DNA from: an uncultured Candidatus Saccharibacteria bacterium
GTDB lineage: Bacteria > Patescibacteriota > Saccharimonadia > Saccharimonadales > CAIOMD01
NCBI GenBank assembly: GCA_964587465.1
Contig: CAZPLH010000002.1
Span: 639 to 34,198 of the forward strand
Direction: 5' to 3'
DNA: 33,560 nt
The translations under genes were made by a program, and so were the position numbers. Below, piece by piece: positions 6,947-14,584 of this stretch (position 1 is the first letter of the stretch; each line of letters opens with the position of its first letter). A model generated the notes under the pieces. That model made no database searches. It had not been told where the DNA came from and saw only the letters and a program-made list of their open reading frames with translations.

Positions 6947-9330
6947 TAGAATACCACCCAATTTGATCCATCGGAAATCACTTCAGCAGACGAACCTGGC
7001 GGTAACACCAAAGTCGTTGCTCCATCAATAGTTTGTGACGATGTAGTAGCGATTGTCTTGTCAGTCGTATGCACATTCTTGAATCTGTACATATACGGGT
7101 TGTTAGCCGCTGTAGGCAAAGTCGGTACACCGGACGCGCCGATCAGCACCACCCGATCACGGTCAGCAGCCAAAGTCACCGCGCTAGTCACCGATTGTGT
7201 CAGCCGACTGACATTGGTATTGCTACGGCCTATCCACTTTGTGCCGTCACTAGTTAATACCAAACTGCCATAAGCGCTGTTGACATAAGTATCACCAACG
7301 ATGGTGTCTGAACCATTTGGGGTAGCCGTGATGGTCCTTGCGACAGATGCGGATCCAGATCCATCCATAAGAACAATTTCAGTTCCCGCGGCTTGCGCTG
7401 AAACTGCCGGCAAAGCAGCGGTCCTGGCAGCTGTAAGGCTAGACCAGATGATATTGGTATCGTGAACACATACCGTTGCATTAACATCTGCTACCAGACG
7501 AGTTGACTTTGCCTTACGCCTATTTGTGCCCTTGCCGGTAAAGTCAGAAGGGATAGGCAAAATGGAGGAAGCACGAGAATCACGGAATGCATAAAACAAG
7601 GTCTGCCCGGAACTAGGCGCGCCACGAACAACCAAAGACTCCCAAGTAATGTCTGGTGCTGACGACCCGCTATTGAGATCCAAAATGGCAGCGCCCAAAT
7701 CCCGCCCCAGGGTGTTGGGGTAAGTGCCACCAACGCTAGATGAAGCATCCGCCCAATGTGACAGACCACGAATATTGATCGACCCGCGGTTCACGCAGTT
7801 GAGCACAATCGCGTTGAGACCCTGCGGCACACTGTAAACGCCATTGAAAGTCACCGAGTCAAGACGGCTTTCCTTGTAGACGTTAGTGCCAAACTCATTT
7901 TTGAGGTTCGTGATTGTGATTGGCGCACCATACGTTCCGCCAGGCCCCTCAATGCGTAACAATCCACCTGCATTTTGGTCGCCGGAAAATGAGTCAAAGT
8001 GAACAGGTTCTTCACCCCACACCTTGTATCTGATACCCGGTGCGCCAAGACGCTGAACAGCAACAGTAGTGCCAGATGCAGTCGCAACCTTATTGACAGT
8101 GACTGTATTAGCACCAGAGTCAACCGCTGTAATAATTGTATCTGGTGGCAAATTCAAGCTAGTGACAATATCGCTGTTGGCCAACCCCGTCGTGCTTGAC
8201 ACGGCCGTGAGCACGGGCGATCCGTTGGTGGTGTTGCAGGTGAAGTCCTTGCGCTTCTCGTACCCGCACGCGAACGCGAGGAGGTACTTGAATGTGCCGG
8301 GCAGCGAACCACCAGCGAAGTTGAACCCCTCTTCGGCCCAGCCGAGCGCCGACACGTAGTCGATCTGGCCGCCATCTATGACGGTGACTGGGTTACCGGA
8401 TGTAACATTTACAAAGTTAATCCCCTTGCCAGCGGTGTTATCAACATCCTGTAGGATGGCAAAGCCATGCAATTTGCCATACCACGTATTATCCCACGCC
8501 CCAAGCGGGTCTGGGCAACGGAACCCATCAACATTCTGGTCCCACATCTGGTGGAAGACAGTACCGCCAGCATCCTCAGCGGCATCCCCCTTTGCGCCGT
8601 AGATGATGTCGTGACTAACAAAGTTCTCTGCTACACCCTTAATCGTTCCACGACGCGGCAACGTAATTGTGCCAGAGAACAAATATCCGCCAGCAGGGAA
8701 AATGGCAGTGCGCGACAACTTTTTACCACGACCACCGAAGCTGAGGTCGACACAAAGAGCATTCATGGCAGCGTGGTTATCGGTGCCAAATACCGCATAA
8801 ACATTGGTAACTGTTGTCGCACACGCCGCAGCAAGCACCGCCTTGCCAGATGACACACCCGTAATGGTAGTCTTCAGATTCGCGCCACCAGCAGCCGCGC
8901 CATTAACCTTGACCACCTTACCGACATCCGCCGCGGTGAAAGTGTAGCCAGTCACCGTCAGTTGTGTCGGGTTTGTAGTTGATGACATTGACGCCGCAGT
9001 GGTTGTGTACCGATCATTCTTGATGTTGTAAGGTGCTTGCGTCGGGTCAATATACAGCGGGTTGCGAGCAATCAATTTGCCAGCATTAATCGTCGTCTCG
9101 CGGCCATCAATTTCAGCATTGTATCCGCCCGCGGCATCAAGTGCACTACGACCATCCGCTTGTGTAGCCGCAGTCATCACGCTTCTACCCGCAGCACCAG
9201 TGCCTGGTAGTGTAGTAGCATTCAGATTGTTTATGGCATCAACTACCCCGTTGATAGCGGCAGCTACGGCATTGACAGCGGCGGCATCATAACTGTCTAC
9301 ACCATCAACATAATTACTCTTCAAGACCAT
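6946..9330 (-). CDS. Tailspike / tail fibre with pectate-lyase-like right-handed beta-helix (putative depolymerase)
   Basis: 794 aa. FGTDNHAAMNALCVD...AIFPAGGYLFSGTITLPRRGTIKGV resembles the start of Pectate_lyase_3-type beta-helices. The remainder is beta-rich and Gly/Asn/Thr/Val-rich. There are two related C-terminal modules ending SDGTKW and SDGSNW. Confidence 0.7.
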   Translation of the reverse strand: MVLKSNYVDGVDSYDAAAVNAVAAAINGVVDAINNLNATTLPGTGAAGRSVMTAATQADGRSALDAAGGYNAEIDGRETTINAGKLIARNPLYIDPTQAPYNIKNDRYTTTAASMSSTTNPTQLTVTGYTFTAADVGKVVKVNGAAAGGANLKTTITGVSSGKAVLAAACATTVTNVYAVFGTDNHAAMNALCVDLSFGGRGKKLSRTAIFPAGGYLFSGTITLPRRGTIKGVAENFVSHDIIYGAKGDAAEDAGGTVFHQMWDQNVDGFRCPDPLGAWDNTWYGKLHGFAILQDVDNTAGKGINFVNVTSGNPVTVIDGGQIDYVSALGWAEEGFNFAGGSLPGTFKYLLAFACGYEKRKDFTCNTTNGSPVLTAVSSTTGLANSDIVTSLNLPPDTIITAVDSGANTVTVNKVATASGTTVAVQRLGAPGIRYKVWGEEPVHFDSFSGDQNAGGLLRIEGPGGTYGAPITITNLKNEFGTNVYKESRLDSVTFNGVYSVPQGLNAIVLNCVNRGSINIRGLSHWADASSSVGGTYPNTLGRDLGAAILDLNSGSSAPDITWESLVVRGAPSSGQTLFYAFRDSRASSILPIPSDFTGKGTNRRKAKSTRLVADVNATVCVHDTNIIWSSLTAARTAALPAVSAQAAGTEIVLMDGSGSASVARTITATPNGSDTIVGDTYVNSAYGSLVLTSDGTKWIGRSNTNVSRLTQSVTSAVTLAADRDRVVLIGASGVPTLPTAANNPYMYRFKNVHTTDKTIATTSSQTIDGATTLVLPPGSSAEVISDGSNWVVF

Positions 9331-9338
9331 TATTGCCC

Positions 9339-9692
9339 CTAGGTCGTCTGCCCGGTTTGTAACAAGCTAGTCACGGTATATGCCCCGGCGGAATTGTAAT
9401 TGTGGTCGCCGGCCAATACAAACTCGCCGCCAAAAGTGCCCAAGGTAGCTTGATCCCAAATTGTAACAGAGTACAAAGTGCCATTGGGCGTGCCATTGGT
9501 AAAGTAAATCAGGTCTTGTATATCAAAGTTACCACCGGCAGTTGCCTCGGCCCACGAAAATGCCACCCTAATTGACGCGGCTTTATGGCTAGTACCATCC
9601 ACGCCGGCTGCGGCGGTATGCAATTGCGCGTATTTGTATTTGTTGCGTATCGCATTTGCCGCATCCGTCATTGCCGCATCGGAAAATGGCAC
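9339..9692 (-). CDS. Hypothetical protein, probably tail-fibre associated
   Basis: 117-aa ORF 8 nt upstream of the tailspike gene, with beta-rich composition. Function is inferred from position only. Confidence 0.4.
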   Translation of the reverse strand: MPFSDAAMTDAANAIRNKYKYAQLHTAAAGVDGTSHKAASIRVAFSWAEATAGGNFDIQDLIYFTNGTPNGTLYSVTIWDQATLGTFGGEFVLAGDHNYNSAGAYTVTSLLQTGQTT

Positions 9693-9699
9693 AATGCCC

Positions 9700-9996
9700 C
9701 TAGCTCAAACCAGTAGTACGCAGATACGCCTTGTTCACAATCGCATTCTGCTTGTCAGCCTTGGCCTGCGTCGTGTTATCTGGCGTAGTTGTCCGCTTAC
9801 CACCAGCAATCGGCCACTGTAGCGGGTCATTGGCAGGGTAGTCCATGCTGGCACGTACAGCAGGCACGCTGGGTGCACCGCCAGTACAGCCACGCCGCAC
9901 TTTGTTCCACGGCTTTGCAGGCCCCTGGCCTTGGGCATTAACCCGCCCGCGGTTCTTGGCTACATTGTTACCCCACGGCAGCAGTCGCTTTGCCAT
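9700..9996 (-). CDS. Hypothetical basic protein
   Basis: 98-aa ORF. Its start overlaps the stop of the upstream gene at 9996. It fits the coupled gene chain better than the alternative-frame ORFs. Confidence 0.4.
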   Translation of the reverse strand: MAKRLLPWGNNVAKNRGRVNAQGQGPAKPWNKVRRGCTGGAPSVPAVRASMDYPANDPLQWPIAGGKRTTTPDNTTQAKADKQNAIVNKAYLRTTGLS

Positions 9997-10403
9997 TAGC
10001 GCGCACCTCCGCCACCTTTTGGCCCCAGGCTTTTGGGTCGGCGCGGCCCATTATGCTCGCCAGCGCTACCAGCAGCCGGTGCACCACCACGCCCGTTACC
10101 AACGCCTCTAACAGTAGTCCTATCCCCACCAGGGCCACGAACATTGTAGTGCGCGCCGTTGGCGAAAGTGCCACCGCTTTTGGCCGGCCCACCCATACCG
10201 CTGCGGTTACCGCCTCCTGGGCTCTGCCAAGCAGACCCCTGGCCACGCTTACCATCACTGAAGCTGTTGCTGATACCACCACTCTGGGCTACGCTGGGCT
10301 TATTGCCCTGAGCACCCGCAGGAAAGCCCTTGGCGTCCTGCCCGGTACCACCAGATAGCTTGGTGATACCGCTACCACGCTTACCGCGTCTGTTATTTGC
10401 CAT
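9996..10403 (-). CDS. Glycine/arginine-rich, predicted disordered basic protein
   Basis: 135 aa: MANNRRGKRGSG...GGGNRSGMGGPAKSGG...GPKGGGGAR. The start follows directly after the stop of 10404..10946. The competing ORFs (9968..10282, 9990..10358) break the coupled chain. Confidence 0.45.
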   Translation of the reverse strand: MANNRRGKRGSGITKLSGGTGQDAKGFPAGAQGNKPSVAQSGGISNSFSDGKRGQGSAWQSPGGGNRSGMGGPAKSGGTFANGAHYNVRGPGGDRTTVRGVGNGRGGAPAAGSAGEHNGPRRPKSLGPKGGGGAR

Positions 10404-10946
10404 TTAGAACTCACCTTCAACAGGCTCATCGGGGTTGACCACAGGCTCATCGGGCGTGGGCTCAGGTTCGGGCGTCGGCTCGGGCTCAGGGGTCGGCTCT
10501 GGTTCCGGCTCAGGCAGCGGCTCTGGCTCAGGCGCTGGCTCCTGGAGACCATCAAGAGTGGACTGAAGGTCGTCAGCGAACGCCTGCGCCTGATCAGCAA
10601 GCTGCTGCGCGTCCGTCGCGGCGTCGTCGGCCTGGAACTGCGCAAGCGCGTCAGCAGCGGCCTGGGCCTTGCTCTGCGCATCTGCGAGGGCTGCCCGCAG
10701 TTCGGCATTTTCTGTCTTCAGGCCCGTGGCAAAGTCCACCCATGCCTGCTTGACTTCTGCGAAAGTGCTCATAATCAATTCTCCTAACTGGGTAATATGG
10801 TTTTGTACGGCATTGGCTGTCACCAACAAGTTCGCTTGTGCCATTGCGACCTTATCCAAATTCGCTTGCATCGTTGCGAGTTTGTCAAGGTCGCTCTTAA
10901 TGCTCTTGGCCCATTCAGGTTCGCCAAGTAGATCCAACAGACTCAT
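10404..10946 (-). CDS. Coiled-coil protein with C-terminal Pro-Glu repeat tract
   Basis: 180 aa. Heptad-like Ala/Gln/Leu-rich N-terminal two thirds. C-terminus is EPAPEPEPLPEPEPEPTPEPEPTPEPEPTPDEPVVNPDEPVEGEF. Confidence 0.55.
   Translation of the reverse strand: MSLLDLLGEPEWAKSIKSDLDKLATMQANLDKVAMAQANLLVTANAVQNHITQLGELIMSTFAEVKQAWVDFATGLKTENAELRAALADAQSKAQAAADALAQFQADDAATDAQQLADQAQAFADDLQSTLDGLQEPAPEPEPLPEPEPEPTPEPEPTPEPEPTPDEPVVNPDEPVEGEF
10421..10545. repeat. In-frame short tandem repeats (18-nt period for the PEPEPT units; a 15-nt unit CAGGCTCATCGGGG/C repeated at a 21-nt offset for the DEPV units)
   Basis: CAGGCTCATCGGGG at 10421 and CAGGCTCATCGGGC at 10442, then the imperfect series ggctcaggttcgggcgtc / ggctcgggctcaggggtc / ggctctggttccggctca / ggcagcggctctggctca. 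Confidence 0.7.
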
Positions 10947-10979
10947 GCGGCTGCCATTTCTGCGCTCTGCTCTCTGCGG

Positions 10980-11186
10980 CTAGTGGCCCGGCGAACCGGG
11001 CATTCCATAGTGGCTCGTGCCATAAGGGCTGAAAGTGCCAGGCCCGTTAGGCATATCACTTGAGCGCACCGGTCGGTGGCTACGCGTGATCAGGAACTGC
11101 TTGATCGCCATGCGGTCAGTGTTGTCAGATACGCGTGGGATCGGCTGAAGTGCCCTACGCGCAACAGTATTCCAGCTCTTGCCCAT
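10980..11186 (-). CDS. Hypothetical protein
   Basis: 68-aa ORF. It is the first gene after the 143-nt gap containing the hairpin at 11215..11253. Confidence 0.4.
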   Translation of the reverse strand: MGKSWNTVARRALQPIPRVSDNTDRMAIKQFLITRSHRPVRSSDMPNGPGTFSPYGTSHYGMPGSPGH

Positions 11187-11214
11187 TTTAACTTGCCCAC
11201 CTAAGTGTTGGTTT

Positions 11215-11253
11215 GCCCCCGACGCAGACCAGAAGGGTGTCTACGCCGAGGGC
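11215..11253 (-). promoter_or_regulatory. Strand-specific RNA hairpin between the YegP-like gene and the virion-side genes
   Basis: Minus-strand RNA GCCCUCGGCGUAGAC...GUCUGCGUCGGGGGC forms about 15 bp including 3 G-U pairs. These become C-A mismatches on the plus strand. No U-tract follows. Confidence 0.3.
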
Positions 11254-11329
11254 AAAGCGGGTGACCGAGGCACTCACAGATTTAGTATATCGCATATTCG
11301 CGTACCGCGCCGATTGTAAGTTTCTGGCC

Positions 11330-11512
11330 CTAAATGGTCATGTTGTTAAGCTCGCAATTGCGCTTAGCAGCCTCAAGGGTGTTGAAGCCTTCCGTGCTTG
11401 CGCCAGTAATCTTGCCATTGGCCGCGCGAATATGCCAACGCCACTCACCAGCCTTGTCTTTGTAGAACGCAGGCCCAGGCGGTGCACTTTCACCAGGGTT
11501 AACCGTTGTCAT
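11330..11512 (-). CDS. YegP-like (DUF1508) single-domain protein
   Basis: The internal ATG at 11512 has GGAG 9 nt upstream. MTTVNPGESAPPGPAFYKDKAGEWRWHIRAANGKITGASTEGFNTLEAAKRNCELNNMTI matches the DUF1508 pattern (F..ykd.aGe.R..l.A.NG..i..S.gy....a). The track ORF extends to 11581, which would overlap the upstream gene by 83 nt. Confidence 0.8.
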   Translation of the reverse strand: MTTVNPGESAPPGPAFYKDKAGEWRWHIRAANGKITGASTEGFNTLEAAKRNCELNNMTI

Positions 11513-12488
11513 TTTCGTGCTCCACTTCTTCTGCGTCCTGGTCTTGTGTATCTGCCAAACCGAAGCTAATGCGGTTACCAACTAGTTCAGCGGTAATTTC
11601 TGTATCTGGCCCAAATGCATCTGCGCCAGTTGCCTTTGCGATCTTGCGTCGCTTCTTGGCATCCTGAATACGCTTGCGGTTGTCTTTGCGCGCCGCTACC
11701 AGATCCTGTTGACTTTGTAGCGCATTGGTCAAGGCGTCATGTTCCTGTTGGTGCTGCTCATGGTCGTGCGTAGCAGTCGAACTTGAGTTTGCCGGCTCAT
11801 CATAAGTTGGCGCTGGCGGGGCATATGTAATCCGTGGATCACCCGGTGCAAAATCACGTAGTGGTGGTGTTACCTGGTTCTCATCTACCCCGCCAGCGTT
11901 GTCTTTGTTCTCCTGGCGACTATCAAAGCCAGGATCATTGGTAGCAAATTCGCCGTCGCCAATTACCTCTGCGTCAATTACACCTGCCCGCAACGCCCGA
12001 CTTTGCTCCTGGCTGATTCTGGCAATGCCAGTCATCATTTCTTCCCATGGCGCCTTGGTGACAGTTACGGCTACACGGTCAGGTGTCTTACCGGCAACGC
12101 GCTCGAAAATGTACTTGGCTGCTTCCAGTCTATCACGTGGCTCATTGGTTGGGTCCTCAGCTACACTTACCATGACATCGATCATGTGGTCTAGCTTCTC
12201 ACGTAGCCTGTGGTTGAATCTGGCTTCGTGCTCAACTACCATTGCGTCGTAAATGTCACGCGGAATTGGCTCAGTCTTGTTCTTGGTACGTGGTATGCGG
12301 CCATTCTTGTCGCGGCATTTTCCGGCCCGCAATTCCTCGTCGTCCAAGTCCGCCACGGTGATGTAGCCGTGGTTGAATAGCTCTTGGCGGCTCATGCCGC
12401 GCATTTTGATCTCGCGCTCAAATTCTTCTTCAGCGGCAGACTTCACCTGCTGGAACCACGGCTTAAGTGCCATTACAAAGCACCCCAC
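11499..12488 (-). CDS. Hypothetical protein, possible small-terminase-like DNA-binding protein
   Basis: 329 aa, GTG at 12488 or ATG at 12473. NEPRDRLEAAKYIFERVAGKTPDRV resembles the conserved helix found in many TerS-type phage proteins. The C-terminal half is acidic and Gln-rich. Confidence 0.45.
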   Translation of the reverse strand: MGCFVMALKPWFQQVKSAAEEEFEREIKMRGMSRQELFNHGYITVADLDDEELRAGKCRDKNGRIPRTKNKTEPIPRDIYDAMVVEHEARFNHRLREKLDHMIDVMVSVAEDPTNEPRDRLEAAKYIFERVAGKTPDRVAVTVTKAPWEEMMTGIARISQEQSRALRAGVIDAEVIGDGEFATNDPGFDSRQENKDNAGGVDENQVTPPLRDFAPGDPRITYAPPAPTYDEPANSSSTATHDHEQHQQEHDALTNALQSQQDLVAARKDNRKRIQDAKKRRKIAKATGADAFGPDTEITAELVGNRISFGLADTQDQDAEEVEHENDNG

Positions 12489-12611
12489 ATAACCGCAGTT
12501 GCAAAAGTGGCGCCAGCATACTCAGTAGGGTGCCAGCCTGCGGCGCACATATGGCACTTACCAATTCGGCAGTAGAAGCATCCGCATAAGCACCAAGGCG
12601 TGCTTGCCACT

Positions 12612-12812
12612 TTAACCACCACCCTGGCTGTATGGGCTAAAGTGGTGCTCCAAATACCAAGGCAGCATATTCGTCTGCGGGTCAGCCGGCGTGGGCCAGT
12701 TTATGGGCGTTGCGCAGGCGTCCTGTAACGTGGGCTTGCGGCGCTTATCAATGGTTGCTTTCATGTATGTACCCCGCCAGCCTACAGCGCGTGCCACTTT
12801 CGGCCTAACCAT
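12612..12812 (-). CDS. Hypothetical protein
   Basis: 66-aa ORF. Its start overlaps the stop of the upstream ORF by 8 nt. Confidence 0.35.
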   Translation of the reverse strand: MVRPKVARAVGWRGTYMKATIDKRRKPTLQDACATPINWPTPADPQTNMLPWYLEHHFSPYSQGGG

Positions 12813-12993
12813 TTTGCCCTGCCATACTCGCAGTTACGTCGCACTTGACCAAAGTGCCTTTACCTGTGGGCGTGCGGCAATCTCGACACTCTGGTCCCCA
12901 GGTTACAATGGCCGGCTTGGCGTCTGGGCCAAAGTGCTTATGGAAACACTTAATGCACAGCTTAGTCTCCACCAGTACCGCCCCACGTAGCAT
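12805..12993 (-). CDS. Small CxxC...CxxC zinc-ribbon protein (start uncertain)
   Basis: Only the C-terminal third of track ORF 12805..13188 looks protein-like (..ETKLCIKCFHKHFGPDAKPAIVTWGPECRDCRTPTGKG..). Candidate starts are ATG 12993 or GTG 12972. Confidence 0.3.
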   Translation of the reverse strand: MLRGAVLVETKLCIKCFHKHFGPDAKPAIVTWGPECRDCRTPTGKGTLVKCDVTASMAGQNG

Positions 12994-13201
12994 ACACGAA
13001 ACCATCTCGTGGTCCGCCAATTTGAATGGCCATATGCTCAACATCACTTTCGTGTGGCTGGGTGACACATACATACCCGGTAATGCGGTTGATGTCCCCA
13101 CAACGACCAAGTGCCTTGGCCATGAGCGCCAGATTGTCAGCGGTAATGCGGTCGTGCGCCTGTTTGGGGCCCACCTGCTGCTTGCCACTTTGAGCTACCA
13201 T
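12962..13201 (-). CDS. Hypothetical protein
   Basis: 79 aa. ATG 13201 shares a nucleotide with the upstream stop (TAATG), indicating translational coupling. Confidence 0.45.
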   Translation of the reverse strand: MVAQSGKQQVGPKQAHDRITADNLALMAKALGRCGDINRITGYVCVTQPHESDVEHMAIQIGGPRDGFVYATWGGTGGD

Positions 13202-13662
13202 TAGCTGAGCCTCCGCACTTTGCGTCCCTTAAGCACTGAGTTTGCCACACTTACATATCCTGGCAGGGCATCAGGCTTTACCATTTTGCGCGGCACCGAA
13301 ACTGCCAAGAGTGCTTTGCCATAGTACGCAGTATGCGGGATTGGCCCACCCACACTGAACCAAGACCGCCCAGGCTTGCCGCTGAATTTGGCAGGCCCAG
13401 ACTTCCACGCCTTGGTCTTGACAATTTGGCCTGCCGCAAACTCGTCTGTGCGATGGTATAGCAAAGTGTTCTTGCCCGTGGGCACGAGTTTGCTATCTGG
13501 CCCGTTGAGCCACTTCTCTGAATCCACGGTTCGTGGCATTTTGCGTGCTGCTACCAATTCCGCACCAGACCAACGCTTAATGCGTGCCTTCACCAAATTG
13601 CGCTTGCTTGCGGCTACCTGCTTAGCAGACGTTGGCCGGCGTGCCAATTTGCGCTTAGGCAT
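13201..13662 (-). CDS. Basic hypothetical protein (weak ART-fold-like LLYHRT motif)
   Basis: 153 aa. Lys/Arg-rich N-terminus. TLLYHRTDEFAAGQIVKTKAW...GRSWFSVGG loosely recalls the H-x-T plus aromatic-strand pattern of the H-Y-E/Tpt1-type NAD-binding fold. Confidence 0.5.
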   Translation of the reverse strand: MPKRKLARRPTSAKQVAASKRNLVKARIKRWSGAELVAARKMPRTVDSEKWLNGPDSKLVPTGKNTLLYHRTDEFAAGQIVKTKAWKSGPAKFSGKPGRSWFSVGGPIPHTAYYGKALLAVSVPRKMVKPDALPGYVSVANSVLKGRKVRRLS

Positions 13663-14007
13663 TTACCACGACCTAACCATTTTGGTGGGCGGGTCAACGA
13701 CGCGTGCGGGTGCCGGAGGCACGCGGCGCTCGCGTACGAGCGGGGGCTGAGCACCATACCGGTCAGTGTTGCCAAGCTCATATGGCGAAAGTGGCGCAAC
13801 AGGATCTACCACATCCGTGCGCCGGATTTCTGCAAGCTCAAGCAATTGCGCGGTTCTGTCAGGATCGGCAATAGGCGCACGCGAGCGCGAGCCACCCTGA
13901 CTGTAGTCAATGGTTGGGTCTGGGAACCTGCCAGCCCCATACGCAAACTCAGAATCCCAATTTGTCAAGTCGTCCACACTCGACTCAGGATCCAACGGGT
14001 ATCGCAT
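13663..14007 (-). CDS. Hypothetical protein (first gene after the iteron region)
   Basis: The track start at 14028 is TTG. ATG at 14007 (MRYPLDPESS...) has GGGGTAGG 10-14 nt upstream. Confidence 0.5.
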   Translation of the reverse strand: MRYPLDPESSVDDLTNWDSEFAYGAGRFPDPTIDYSQGGSRSRAPIADPDRTAQLLELAEIRRTDVVDPVAPLSPYELGNTDRYGAQPPLVRERRVPPAPARVVDPPTKMVRSW

Positions 14008-14068
14008 ACTCGTGAGCCTACCCCACAAGGCCGTCCCGCGCTCGACCCCGCCGAACGCGAATTTGACG

Positions 14069-14444
14069 CAAAACGCTCCAAAACGCTAACCAGCAAAGCA
14101 TCTACCCAACAAAGCACCCAATTACCACCATTTTCACATTTCAAAAACTTTCTACCAGGTAAAACTACCACTAATTTTTCTTGGTAATTGGTTAACCAGG
14201 TAAAACTACCAATTACCAAATACCACGGCAATTTTAAACGCACAACCAAAATAAAATACAACTTAGGCACCCCTTAACACTTACATTTACGCTTACGTTT
14301 TTACGTTTATAAGCCCATGACACGTGGTAGTAATTTTCGTGGTAGTTTTAGGCCCCTTTCACCTGGTCAAACCACATTTTTCACAAAACTACCACGTTTC
14401 AAAACCCCTGGTCAAGCGCCTACCACGTTCACGCCGGTGGTAGC
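14069..14444. repeat. Iteron-like repeat array in an AT-rich non-coding region (candidate replication origin or operator cluster)
   Basis: AAAACTACCAC(G) forward at 14161-14171, 14202-14212 and 14385-14396. Reverse copies at 14338-14349 and, degenerate, 14324-14337. 16-nt direct repeat CCAGGTAAAACTACCA at 14155 and 14196. CTACCAC-N10-GTGGTAG at 14420-14443. Tandem CAAAACGCT at 14069 and 14079. TTACGTTT twice at 14292 and 14301. CTGGTCAA at 14363 and 14408. Confidence 0.6.
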
Positions 14445-14584
14445 TGTCAGCCCGGTTTAGCCCGGCCCCAAGCATACTCAACCCTATCAAGCATATTCAA
14501 ACCATCCAAAAACTGGCAACTTTGTACACACTTTATCTTCACCAGTTTCGTCAACTTTCCCACCACTTTCCTTCAACTTCTTAA

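Noticed and set aside
9968-10708. Alternative-frame ORFs 9968..10282 (-), 9990..10358 (+) and 10289..10708 (-)
   Set aside because: They break the start-stop coupled chain 10946->10404->9996->9700 and are by-products of GC-rich, repeat-rich coding sequence.
12994-13188. N-terminal two thirds of track ORF 12805..13188
   Set aside because: It overlaps the TAATG-coupled 79-aa gene (12962..13201). Its sequence is Trp/Arg/Pro-rich and unlike the zinc-ribbon C-terminus.
14063-14100. Sigma70-type promoter calls (TTGACG on the plus strand; TTGAAT boxes near 17500)
   Set aside because: No convincing -10 hexamer lies at 16-19 nt spacing, and the host is unknown. Not reported as features.
13846-14270. 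ORFs 13846..14187 (+) and 13965..14270 (-) in the AT-rich region
   Set aside because: They overlap the 13663..14007 gene or run through the repeat array. Their composition is driven by the repeats, and they have no RBS.
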